From Eubacteriales bacterium (lineage in GTDB: Bacteria; Bacillota; Clostridia; Oscillospirales; CAG-382): a stretch of 64,000 bases of DNA. The position numbers and the translations under genes are program-made. Of the stretch, positions 1 through 7,829 are shown piece after piece. The notes beneath the pieces are model-generated. The model was not told the origin of the DNA. It worked only from the letters and a program-made list of their open reading frames with translations, and did not search any database. The DNA lies in NCBI GenBank assembly GCA_045612545.1, contig JAZKZH010000034.1:1556-65555 (forward strand). The letters are read 5' to 3'. Positions within the stretch are counted from its first letter, which is position 1. Each line of letters starts with the position of its first letter.

Positions 1-954
1 TCCGCAAAGGAAGCCATCGATACCTTGCGCGCAGAGACCGGCGCCATCGACCAGGATCTGCCTCCCTTCGCCACCGCCGCAGACGGCAAGCTCGTGGGCA
101 CCGTTGAGGATGGCGACTCCCTGATCTTCTTCAACTTCCGCGGCGACCGTTCCATCGAGATCTCCAAGGCCTTTGAGGCAGGCGCAGACTTTGATAAGTT
201 TGACCGCGTTCGCGTTCCCGCAGTTCTCTTTGCAGGTATGCTGGAGTACGACGGCGATGCCCATATCCCCTCCCGCTATCTGGTTTCTCCCCCCGAGATC
301 ACCGGCACCATGGGTGAATTCCTGGTGAACAAGGGTATCAAGCAGCTGGCTATCTCCGAGACCCAGAAGTACGGCCACGTAACCTATTTCTGGAACGGCA
401 ACCGCTCCGGCAAGTTCTCCGAGGAGCTGGAGGAATACATTGAGATCCCCTCCGACGTGGTTCCCTTTGAGCAGAGACCCTGGATGAAGTGCGCCGAGAT
501 CACCGACGTGCTCATCGAAAAGCTGAAGTCCGGCGAATTTGACGTTCTCCGTGTGAACTTCCCCAACGGCGACATGGTTGGCCATACCGGCTCCTTTGCC
601 GCTACCAAGATCTCCATGGAGGCGCTTGATCTGTGTCTGGCGCGTATTCTGAAGGCTGTTGACGAGGTGCAGGGTGTTGCCATCATCACCGCTGACCACG
701 GTAACGCCGACGAGATGTACGAGATCAACAAGAAGACCGGCGAAGCAAAGCTGGGCGAGAACGGTGTTCCCAAGGCAAAGACCTCCCACACCCTCAACCC
801 CGTTCCCTGCTATATTTACGATAATTTCTATTCCGACAAATACGAGTGCATCGAGGGCAAGTACGGTCTTGCCAACGTAGCCGCTACCATGGTCACCATG
901 ATGGGCTACGATGCACCCGAGATCTGGGAAAAGAGCATGATCAAGATCAAGTAA
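1..954 (+). CDS. gpmI: 2,3-bisphosphoglycerate-independent phosphoglycerate mutase, C-terminal part (5' end lies outside the window)
   Basis: The frame is open from nt 1, so the ORF-track start at 25 is only an internal TTG. Motifs FFNFRGDRSIE, ADHGNADEM and SHTLNPVP are typical of iPGM. Confidence 0.85.
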   Translation, partial: SAKEAIDTLRAETGAIDQDLPPFATAADGKLVGTVEDGDSLIFFNFRGDRSIEISKAFEAGADFDKFDRVRVPAVLFAGMLEYDGDAHIPSRYLVSPPEITGTMGEFLVNKGIKQLAISETQKYGHVTYFWNGNRSGKFSEELEEYIEIPSDVVPFEQRPWMKCAEITDVLIEKLKSGEFDVLRVNFPNGDMVGHTGSFAATKISMEALDLCLARILKAVDEVQGVAIITADHGNADEMYEINKKTGEAKLGENGVPKAKTSHTLNPVPCYIYDNFYSDKYECIEGKYGLANVAATMVTMMGYDAPEIWEKSMIKIK

Positions 955-983
955 GTTTCCCTTTCTCCGAAAGGTTTGCAGCT

Positions 984-1736
984 ATGATTTTTAACCTTTT
1001 GTATTCCGATCTGCCCATGAACATCACCATCGGGCTGATGATCCTCCAGCTGATCTGCGTGGTTCTGGCGCTGACCATCCATGAGTTTGCCCACGGCTAC
1101 GCGGCATACAAGCTGGGGGATCCCACCGCAAGCATGCAGGGCAGATTGACCTTAAATCCCTTGGCACATATTGACCCCGTGGGCTTTTTGATGATGCTCT
1201 TTGTGGGCTTCGGCTGGGCAAAGCCGGTGCCGGTGAACATCCGCTTGATGAAGGACCCCAAGAAGGGGCTTGCCATCACCTCCATGGCAGGGCCGGGAAT
1301 CAACCTGTGCCTTGCTTTGGTGTGCGGCATCGCCGTGGGGGCATTGACCCAATTCGGGTACAATCCCATGATGCTGTTTTTTGAGCTGGGGCTCAGCGAC
1401 ACCGTTTCCCCCATGGCAGTGCTTTCCTATACCTTATATATGCTCATGCTGTTGAACGTGGGTCTCGCCCTGTTCAACCTGATCCCTCTGCCCCCCTTGG
1501 ACGGCTCCAACATTCTGGTGGCCTTCCTACCGAACAACACGGCGGCAAAGTATTTGCAGGTTCGTTATTACACCCGCTATATTTTCTTGGGGATCATGGT
1601 GATCTCCATGCTGGCGGATCGGATCACTCTGTTTGCCTATCTGGATTACTACCTGTGGTTGCCCTTTGAGTGGCTGCGTGAGACCCTCTGCAACGCCTTC
1701 ATCAATTTAGGACAGTTGATTTTTAGCTTTGTATAA
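984..1736 (+). CDS. site-2 protease family (peptidase M50) membrane metalloprotease
   Basis: HEFAHGY (HExxH), several hydrophobic segments and an LPPLDG motif. ATG 984 was chosen because the 846 start overlaps the end of gpmI. Confidence 0.8.
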   Translation: MIFNLLYSDLPMNITIGLMILQLICVVLALTIHEFAHGYAAYKLGDPTASMQGRLTLNPLAHIDPVGFLMMLFVGFGWAKPVPVNIRLMKDPKKGLAITSMAGPGINLCLALVCGIAVGALTQFGYNPMMLFFELGLSDTVSPMAVLSYTLYMLMLLNVGLALFNLIPLPPLDGSNILVAFLPNNTAAKYLQVRYYTRYIFLGIMVISMLADRITLFAYLDYYLWLPFEWLRETLCNAFINLGQLIFSFV

Positions 1737-1759
1737 ACCTCTGAAGGAGAAAAACGCCC

Positions 1760-2473
1760 ATGGCGGAAGTAAATCTGAAAATTGAACAGTACGAAGGCCC
1801 TTTGGATCTGCTTCTGGCGTTGATCTCCAAGCATAAGATCGATATTTTCGACATTCCCATCGCGGAGATCTGCGAGCAGTACAACGCCTATCTGGATTCC
1901 ATGCAGAAGCTGGATATGGAGGTGGCGGGTGAGTTTATCGTCATGGCGGCGGAGCTTATGCTCATCAAGAGCAAGATGCTTCTGCCCCGTCCCGAGGACA
2001 GCGAAGACCCCCGTAAGGTGCTGGTAGACGCCCTTTTGGAGCACCAAAGAGCAAAGCTGGCCGCAGATTACCTGAAAAAGCAGGCGGATATTTATTTCGA
2101 CCGCTTCACCAAGCCTGCGGAGGAGCAGACCGACCCCACCTACCACAGAGAACACGCCGTTTCCCTTTTGCAGGAGGCCTTTGACCGCATCACCCTGCGC
2201 TTGGAGGCGGAACGGGCTCAGAAGCAGGAGGTCAAGCTGTTCAAATCCCTGCAGGAGGAGCGGTTCTACACCGTGGAAGAAAAAATGGAGCTTCTCACGG
2301 ACACCCTGCGCAGGATCCCCCGCATCACCTTTGATTCTTTGTTTTTGGAAGTCCATTCACGGGGCGAGGTGGTGGCCATCTTCCTTTCCGTTTTGGAGGC
2401 TGTCCGCTTCGGCTTTGTGGACGTGTTCCGTGAAAACGAGGACACGCTGTGGCTGAGCCTTGTGAAGGAATGA
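1760..2473 (+). CDS. scpA: segregation and condensation protein A
   Basis: The N-terminus YEGPLDLLLALISKHKIDIFDIPIAEI is the ScpA kleisin signature. An RBS (gaaggaga) lies upstream. Confidence 0.9.
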   Translation: MAEVNLKIEQYEGPLDLLLALISKHKIDIFDIPIAEICEQYNAYLDSMQKLDMEVAGEFIVMAAELMLIKSKMLLPRPEDSEDPRKVLVDALLEHQRAKLAADYLKKQADIYFDRFTKPAEEQTDPTYHREHAVSLLQEAFDRITLRLEAERAQKQEVKLFKSLQEERFYTVEEKMELLTDTLRRIPRITFDSLFLEVHSRGEVVAIFLSVLEAVRFGFVDVFRENEDTLWLSLVKE

Positions 2474-2725
2474 AGCGGCTTCGCCAATGAAGTTGCGGCC
2501 AAAGGTCGCAAATGTTATGTTGTTTCGGGAAGGAAACGGCCTCGCGCTTTGATCCAAAGGTTCCGAAAACGGCAATGCCGTTTTTGACGTCGGCGAAGCA
2601 AACCTACGCATAAGCCGGAAGCATTGTGCCGACTTGGTAGCGTACTGCAGTTCCAAAAACGATTTATCGTTTTTGACGTCGGCATAGCAAAACTACGCTT
2701 AAATCAAAAGCATTGTGCCAACTTG
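2474..2725. repeat. intergenic repeat modules: one module-D copy plus two module-C copies
   Basis: 2474-2575 matches 36228-36345. The units at 2559-2639 and 2650-2730 share AAAACG..CGTTTTTGACGTCGGC....GCCGACTTGGT with copies near 5850, 16221, 31762, 51674, 51879 and 62121. Confidence 0.75.
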
Positions 2726-3073
2726 GTCACCCTGAGCGAAGCAGGCGTGGAATAATGTTGTACCTTAGGTTGCAATGAGAAAAGCCTGCGGAGTCGAAGT
2801 TTTGCTTTTTGAAATTGCCCATTGTCTTTGGATATGCAGTTCCTTTTACAGCAATTTCGAAAAGCAAAACCGCAAGGGGTCTCCTCAAAGTCTGATCTAC
2901 CCCTACATAGGCAAACTTACATCCTTTGTGATAAAACAGTTCTTTAGCCTCGGAAAAGTATATCAGACTCTCAGTAGATCCCGCCTATCGGCGGGTTTGC
3001 TCCATCCCTCGTCGCGTTGCGACGACTACTTCCGCAAAACTTCGACTCGCCCTTCGGGCTCCCTCAGGATGAC
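2726..3073. repeat. nested-palindrome composite element, copy E1 (348 bp)
   Basis: Termini are GTCACCCTGAG (2726) and CTCAGGATGAC (3063-3073). Inner pairs are GTCGAAGTTTTGC/GCAAAACTTCGAC and GCAAAAC/GTTTGC, with the core module at 2876-2982. An extra CTCAGGATGAC lies at 3121-3131. Confidence 0.8.
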
Positions 3074-3221
3074 ACGCAGACGCGGCCGCGTGCCACCGAC
3101 TTGCCCGCAGGGTTGGTATGCTCAGGATGACGGTTAGAGTGGGTTTTGGCTTATACACAGTTTTCTTTCGCCGACATTCCTAACTTCTCCAAACAACAAC
3201 GTAAAAGCGAGGTTGGATATT

Positions 3222-3518
3222 ATGGTCATTCACGAGTATTACGTTTACATCCTGACCAACAAGACCAATTCCGTTTTATACAGCGGTGTGACCAACAGCC
3301 TTTCCAATCGGTTGGCACAACACAAAGAAGGCTCTGCAACCCATTTTACCGCACGGTACAACACCCACAAATTGGTGTATTTTGAACCCTTTTCCGGAAT
3401 CGAAAACGCCATCTCCCGGGAAAAACAGCCCAAACGTTGGACCCGTGAGAAGAAAAACCTTTTAATCGAAGCAAAAAACCCAAATTGGGATGATCTGAGC
3501 AATCAGTTCCCCATTTGA
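3222..3518 (+). CDS. stand-alone GIY-YIG nuclease family protein (UPF0213/COG2827-like), copy 1
   Basis: YYVYILTNKTNSVLYSGVTN (GIY-YIG), ...RLAQHK... and REKQ.KRW motifs. 98 aa, with 79/98 residues identical to the copy at 6349-6645. Confidence 0.85.
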   Translation: MVIHEYYVYILTNKTNSVLYSGVTNSLSNRLAQHKEGSATHFTARYNTHKLVYFEPFSGIENAISREKQPKRWTREKKNLLIEAKNPNWDDLSNQFPI

Positions 3519-3538
3519 GTTTCCCGAAAGGATATCTT

Positions 3539-4141
3539 ATGTCTATTCCCAACGAAACAATCGCATCCTTGGAAGCGGTGCTGTTCGCCTGCGGCGGCCC
3601 GGTGGAGATCCAACGCTTGCAGGAGCTGCTTGCCCTTTCTCCGGAGGAATTGGAGGAGGCGGCAAATACCTTGCAGGCAGAGCTGGAGGACGTGAACCGG
3701 GGCATCTCCCTGATCCGCGTGGAATCCGCTTACCAGCTTTGTACCAAGCCCTTTGTGGCGGAGACTGTAAAGAAGGCTCTGGAGCTTCGCAAAGCGCCCC
3801 CTCTTTCCAAGGCCGCCTTGGAGGTGCTTGCCATCGTGGCATATCACCAGCCCGTTACCCGTTCTTTTATTGAAATGGTGCGTGGCGTGGACAGCTCCTC
3901 CATCGTCAGCTCCCTGTGTGACAAGGGGTTGATCGCAGAGCGTGGCTTTTTGGACGCCCCCGGAAGACCTGCTTTGTTCGGCACCACGGAAGCGTTCCTG
4001 CGTTGTTTTGGGCTGGAATCCATTCGCGACCTGCCGGAAGCCTCTCCCGTACCGGAGCAGTTGACCCTTCCTGTAGAGGAAATTCCCGCTGAGGAAGCTC
4101 CCGCGGAGGAAGCTTCCCAAGAAGAAGCGGCGGAAGCATGA
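3539..4141 (+). CDS. scpB: segregation and condensation protein B
   Basis: SLEAVLFACGGPV...LSKAALEVLAIVAYHQPVTRSFIEMVRGV is typical of ScpB. RBS gaaaggat lies before ATG 3539. The tail is acidic and EE/PA-rich. Confidence 0.9.
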   Translation: MSIPNETIASLEAVLFACGGPVEIQRLQELLALSPEELEEAANTLQAELEDVNRGISLIRVESAYQLCTKPFVAETVKKALELRKAPPLSKAALEVLAIVAYHQPVTRSFIEMVRGVDSSSIVSSLCDKGLIAERGFLDAPGRPALFGTTEAFLRCFGLESIRDLPEASPVPEQLTLPVEEIPAEEAPAEEASQEEAAEA

Positions 4142-4851
4142 TCGTACTGGAGATCATCGGTTGGGTTCTCCTTTCCCTTTTGGGACTGGTGCTGTTTCTC
4201 GTGGCCGTTCTTTGCTGTATCAAACTCTCCCTGCGGGTAGGGTATTGCGAATCCCTGCTGTTGGAGGTGGGCATTGGCCCGGTGACCTTGGATCTGGGTA
4301 GCTCTCTCTCCGCTGATGAGGAGGAAACGCAGGAAGCGACCGTCAAGAAGAAAAAAAAGAAGAAAAAGGCCCAAAAGGGAAAAGAAGAGGAAGAACCGGA
4401 AAAAGAACCGAAAAAACCGAAAAAATACACAGAAAAGCCTGCAATAACGGAAATTATCACCGCTTTCAAGGACTTGGCAGTGGGGATCCTGACCCGTTTT
4501 GCAAGGCATATCAAGTTAGAAGAGCTGCGGCTGAGAGTGCTGGCGGCCACCGGAGATGCGGCTACAACCGCCTTGGAATACGGCGGCTTCTGCACTGCAG
4601 CGGGTATGGTGCAAACAGCGGCGGAGGCTCTGCCCAGAACCAACCCGAAGAAGGTTGACATCCGTGTGGAATGCGATTTTCTGGCGGACAAGCCGGAGAT
4701 CGACGCGGAGCTGTGCGTTTCTATCCGCATCTGGCGGATCCTGTGGATGGCGCTGTTTGCCGCAAAGCCCTTGATGGAAGCCCTCTCTCTGCTGAAAGCG
4801 TATAAATACTTTAAAAACTTAGAAAAAAACTCTCTTAAGGAGGACGCATAA
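4138..4851 (+). CDS. DUF2953 (YtfI-like) membrane protein with a poly-Lys/Glu insert
   Basis: N-terminal TM segment, ATGA overlap with the scpB stop, and a position directly upstream of a ytfJ/gerW-type gene as in Bacillus ytfI-ytfJ. Contains a KKKKKKKKAQKGKEEEEPEKEPKKPKK low-complexity insert. Confidence 0.55.
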   Translation: MIVLEIIGWVLLSLLGLVLFLVAVLCCIKLSLRVGYCESLLLEVGIGPVTLDLGSSLSADEEETQEATVKKKKKKKKAQKGKEEEEPEKEPKKPKKYTEKPAITEIITAFKDLAVGILTRFARHIKLEELRLRVLAATGDAATTALEYGGFCTAAGMVQTAAEALPRTNPKKVDIRVECDFLADKPEIDAELCVSIRIWRILWMALFAAKPLMEALSLLKAYKYFKNLEKNSLKEDA

Positions 4852-4853
4852 AT

Positions 4854-5297
4854 ATGGAAACTCCCATGAAAAATCTTATTGACGAGGCCCTCAAGAATAT
4901 TCACTCCGTGGCGGATGTAAACACGGTGATCGGTGAGCCGGTTACCCTGCCCAACGGTGTAACGGTGGTTCCCTTCTCCAAGGTAAGCATCGGCTTCGCC
5001 GCCGGCGGTACCGACCGCAACCCCAAAACCACCGACAGACCTCTGTTTGCGGGAGGCAGCGGCGCAGGGGTTTCCGTAACGCCCCTTGGCTTTTTGGTCA
5101 TCGGCACTAACGGCAACGTAACCCTTTTGGATCTGAAGAACCCCGAATCCTATACCCCCAAGCAGAACACTGTGGAAAAGATCATAGACGGCGCAACCTG
5201 TCTGATAGATCGCGTGCCCGAGGTGATCACCAAGTGCAAGGATGCCTTTGGCGGCAAGGAAGAATCCAAAGAAACCAAGGAAACCGAGGAAAAGTAA
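4854..5297 (+). CDS. ytfJ: GerW/YtfJ family sporulation protein
   Basis: VIGEPVTLPNGVTVVPFSKVSIGFAAGG....GGSGAGVSVTPLGFLVI is the GerW family pattern. Confidence 0.8.
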   Translation: METPMKNLIDEALKNIHSVADVNTVIGEPVTLPNGVTVVPFSKVSIGFAAGGTDRNPKTTDRPLFAGGSGAGVSVTPLGFLVIGTNGNVTLLDLKNPESYTPKQNTVEKIIDGATCLIDRVPEVITKCKDAFGGKEESKETKETEEK

Positions 5298-5298
5298 T

Positions 5299-5841
5299 AT
5301 GGCATTGAAATGTATTGTTTTGGAAAATAACCCCGATAAGGAAGTGCGCCACGCCGCCGTTCTGGAAGCCGTACGGAAGTATTTCGGCTCCGACGAAGTC
5401 ATGGTCAACTACGGTGCGACGGGCAAGCCCTCCATCACCGGCGCAAAGAAGTATATCTCTGTCACCACCACCGGCGATAAGATGATCGTTGCTCTTTCCG
5501 ATTCCCCCGTAGGTCTGGACGGAGAGTATCTCCCCCGTTACAGCGAGGGCAAGACGGATTACGCCATTCTGGCGGACAGATTCTTCTCCGGCGAGGAATC
5601 CGAGTACGTCCATGCAGGCTCTACCGTGGCGGAGGAAAAGGATCGCTTTATGAAGATCTGGACCCGCAAGGAAGCTTACGTAAAATGCACCGGCAAGGGT
5701 GTGGCAGACTTCCCCGCCTTCTCCGTTCTCGAGGGAGATAAATTCCTCTCCAAGGTGGGCAATATTCCTCTGCGGAAGTTCTCCATCTCCTTTGAAGGAT
5801 CTGAAAACTACCTCTTCGCCATTGCGGGAGAGCTGAAGTGA
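5299..5841 (+). CDS. 4'-phosphopantetheinyl transferase superfamily protein (Sfp-type)
   Basis: GLDGEYL (metal-binding D.E) and WTRKEAYVKCTGKG motifs. ATG 5299 follows the ytfJ stop. Confidence 0.7.
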   Translation: MALKCIVLENNPDKEVRHAAVLEAVRKYFGSDEVMVNYGATGKPSITGAKKYISVTTTGDKMIVALSDSPVGLDGEYLPRYSEGKTDYAILADRFFSGEESEYVHAGSTVAEEKDRFMKIWTRKEAYVKCTGKGVADFPAFSVLEGDKFLSKVGNIPLRKFSISFEGSENYLFAIAGELK

Positions 5842-5977
5842 CATAAATGTCAATGCCGTTTTTGATGTCGGCGAGGCAAACCTACGCATAAGCCGGAAGC
5901 CGTCCGCCGACTTGGTCACCTCTGAGCAACCCAGCCCGTTGGGCTGGCTCGCGCGGAATAGAGCCGTTACGGCTTCT
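5842..5977. repeat. module-C copy plus a GTCACCTCTGAGC terminus-like piece and a hairpin
   Basis: 5850-5919 reads ..GCCGTTTTTGATGTCGGCGAGGCAAACCTACGCATAAGCCGGAAGC..GCCGACTTGGTCA, followed by the hairpin CCCAGCCCGTTGGGCTGG. Confidence 0.7.
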
Positions 5978-6292
5978 GTCATCCTGAGCGAACGCGAAGC
6001 GTGAGTCGAAGTTTTGCGGAAGTAGTCGTCGCAACGCGACGAAGGATGGAGCAAAACCAAGGGGTGCTTGCACCCCGAAGGGATCTCCTACGAATTTGAT
6101 CTACCCCTACACGGGTAAAGTTACATTTTTTCGGCAAGAAAAGGTACATCAGACTCTTATTAGATCCTCCCTCATCGCAAAGCGATTCGGGCCTCTCACT
6201 CGGACTCACGTCACTCGTTCGAGTTCGACTCGTCGGGGATTATCTACCGTGTCTCAATCGCAACGTATTACTCCCTCCTCCCTCAGAATGAC
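5978..6292. repeat. nested-palindrome composite element, copy E2 (315 bp, right arm degenerate)
   Basis: GTCATCCTGAG at 5978, core variant at 6080-6167, CTCAGAATGAC at 6282-6292. The left arm is nearly identical to the arms of E4 and E7a. Confidence 0.75.
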
Positions 6293-6348
6293 AGGTTGGG
6301 ATGAGTTACGTTGTCGCCCTACTACACTCATTTTTTGAAAGGGATTGT

Positions 6349-6645
6349 ATGGTCGTTCACGATTATTACGTTTACATACTGACCAACAAGACCAACAGCG
6401 TTTTATACATCGGTGTCACCAACAGCCTGTCCCACAGGCTGGCACAGCATAAAGAAAGCGGGGAAAATCACTTCTCCGCACGGTACAACACCCACAAATT
6501 GGTGTATTTTGAACCCTTTGCAGGGGTGGATAACGCCATCTCCCGAGAAAAGCAGTTAAAACGCTGGACACGGGAAAAGAAAAACCTTTTGATTCAATCC
6601 AAAAACCCAAATTGGGAGGATCTGGGCGGTCAGTTTCCGCTTTGA
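6349..6645 (+). CDS. stand-alone GIY-YIG nuclease family protein, copy 2
   Basis: Same length (98 aa) and motifs as 3222-3518. ATG 6349 lies 56 nt after the CTCAGAATGAC terminus. Confidence 0.85.
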   Translation: MVVHDYYVYILTNKTNSVLYIGVTNSLSHRLAQHKESGENHFSARYNTHKLVYFEPFAGVDNAISREKQLKRWTREKKNLLIQSKNPNWEDLGGQFPL

Positions 6646-6669
6646 TCTTTGTTCCCGAAAGGAAATTAC

Positions 6670-6972
6670 ATGATTACCACCAAACAAAGAGCGTATCTGC
6701 GCTCCATTGCCGCACAGCTTACCCCCATCATGCAGGTTGGCAAGAACGGCGTCACCGAAAACTTAGTAAAAACCCTTTCCGATTCCTTGGAAGCCCACGA
6801 GATCATCAAGCTCACCGTCCTGGAGGCTTGCCCCATGACCGCAAGAGAGGTGTCCGATGCCCTTTGCGTCGCCCTGTCCTGCGAGGCGGTGCAGACCATC
6901 GGCAGAAAGATCTCCCTGTACCGTCAGGCTTCCGAGAAGGAAAAGCGGAAGATCGTATTGCCCAGAGGCTAA
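6670..6972 (+). CDS. yhbY: YhbY/CRS1-type RNA-binding protein (ribosome assembly)
   Basis: TTKQRAYLRSIAAQLTPIMQVGKNGVTENL....HEIIKL is the YhbY (CRM domain) pattern. RBS gaaagga lies upstream. Confidence 0.8.
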   Translation: MITTKQRAYLRSIAAQLTPIMQVGKNGVTENLVKTLSDSLEAHEIIKLTVLEACPMTAREVSDALCVALSCEAVQTIGRKISLYRQASEKEKRKIVLPRG

Positions 6973-7013
6973 AATACCCGCCTCGGCGGGCTGCGAAAGG
7001 CATACAGACAACC

Positions 7014-7442
7014 ATGAAAATTTTGATCTTAAACGGCCCCAACATCAATATGCTGGGAATTCGCGAGCCGGAAATTTACGGCAAACAAAATTACAAAGCC
7101 CTGCTTTCCTTTATCGGAGAGGTCTGTGAGGGTCTGGGCGTGGAATACCAGTGCTACCAATCCAACCACGAGGGTGCCTTGGTAGACAAGATCCAGGAGG
7201 CTTGGGGAGTGTTTGACGCCATCGTGTTCAACCCCGCCGCCTATACCCACACCAGCGTGGCCATCCACGATGCTCTGTTGGCCGTGGCCATTCCCACCGC
7301 AGAGGTGCATTTGACGGATACCACCTCCCGGGAGGACTACCGCAAGGTGAATTTCATCACCCCCTGCTGTGAGAAAACCTTCCAAGGACACGGCTTTGAC
7401 AGCTACCGTATGGCAATCGAATATTTTGCCAAAAAGAGCTGA
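7014..7442 (+). CDS. aroQ: type II 3-dehydroquinate dehydratase
   Basis: ILILNGPNINMLGIREPEIYG....SNHEG..VD.I....FNPAAYTHTSVAI.DAL. The part of the ORF track upstream of 7014 overlaps yhbY and is not used. Confidence 0.9.
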   Translation: MKILILNGPNINMLGIREPEIYGKQNYKALLSFIGEVCEGLGVEYQCYQSNHEGALVDKIQEAWGVFDAIVFNPAAYTHTSVAIHDALLAVAIPTAEVHLTDTTSREDYRKVNFITPCCEKTFQGHGFDSYRMAIEYFAKKS

Positions 7443-7449
7443 AAATATC

Positions 7450-7479
7450 TTGACAAATCCCTTTGAGGTGTGTTATACT
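7450..7479 (+). promoter_or_regulatory. sigma-A-type promoter for tRNA-Ala
   Basis: TTGACA (7450-7455), 18-nt spacer, TATACT (7474-7479), about 12 nt before the tRNA 5' end. Confidence 0.6.
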
Positions 7480-7490
7480 ACACCTCGCAC

Positions 7491-7566
7491 GGGGCATTAG
7501 CGCAGTTGGGAGCGCACAACACTGGCAGTGTTGGGGTCAGGGGTTCAAGTCCCCTATGCTCCACCA
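7491..7566 (+). tRNA. tRNA-Ala (anticodon GGC), CCA encoded
   Basis: Hand-folded cloverleaf: acceptor stem GGGGCAT/ATGCTCC with the G3:U70 alanine identity pair, anticodon loop CTGGCAG, T-loop GGTTCAAGTCC, 76 nt. Confidence 0.9.
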
Positions 7567-7571
7567 GAAAA

Positions 7572-7597
7572 AAGCACTTCGAAAGAAGTGCTTTTTT
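7572..7597 (+). terminator. rho-independent terminator after tRNA-Ala
   Basis: AAGCACTTC-GAAA-GAAGTGCTT followed by TTTT. Confidence 0.8.
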
Positions 7598-7600
7598 CAA

Positions 7601-7774
7601 CTAAGTGTTCCGCTTGCGCGGAACGTTAAGTATCCTTCGGACGTGAAGTGAGGCTACGCCTCGTGAAGTGCGCTTCGCGCGATAAGATGCGGAACACTTA
7701 ACTTCTCTGCTCCGAAGGAGCAACTTCACTATGCCGTAAGGCATAACTTCACTGCGGCACAGCCGCAACTTCAC
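7601..7774. repeat. hairpin-linker array (GTGAAGT x2, then AACTTCACT x3, interleaved with short GC hairpins)
   Basis: GTGAAGT at 7643 and 7663; AACTTCACT at 7722, 7744 and 7766. Intervening hairpins: GGCTACGCC, GCGCTTCGCGC, GCTCCGAAGGAGC, ATGCCGTAAGGCAT, GCGGCACAGCCGC. GTTCCGC/GCGGAAC pairs at 7607-7624 and 7690. Confidence 0.7.
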
Positions 7775-7775
7775 T

Positions 7776-7804
7776 ATTGAAATATTTGCAAGTATGTGGT
7801 ATAA
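7776..7804 (+). promoter_or_regulatory. sigma-A-type promoter for the four-helix-bundle/GNAT pair
   Basis: TTGAAA (7776-7781), 17-nt spacer, TATAAT (7799-7804). Confidence 0.6.
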
Positions 7805-7829
7805 TGTTGGTGAAAGCGAGGTGCATATC

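Noticed and set aside
846-983. N-terminal extensions offered by the ORF track (846 for the M50 protease; 6612 for aroQ; 49938 for HAD; 58762 for RnfD-like; 40839 for the esterase; 43714 for pgk; 45434 for the SBP-like gene; 59898 for DUF4364)
   Set aside because: The extensions overlap the preceding gene or a promoter and translate to Arg/Pro/His-rich nonsense. Internal ATGs with RBS-like sequences give N-termini that match the family patterns.
2775-3137. ORFs running through the repeat elements (2775-3137, 5227-6060, 6096-6338, 15508-15750, 15952-16176, 31206-31583, 31619-31885, 36047-36250, 51302-51574), which share peptides such as GSPQSLIYPYKGKLTSFVIKQFFSLGK and LHPSSRCDDYFRKTSTH
   Set aside because: The shared peptides only reflect shared DNA modules. 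Module order, orientation and indels differ between copies, so frames are not preserved across module boundaries. No starts or RBSs are conserved. The palindromic architecture explains the sequence better than coding does.
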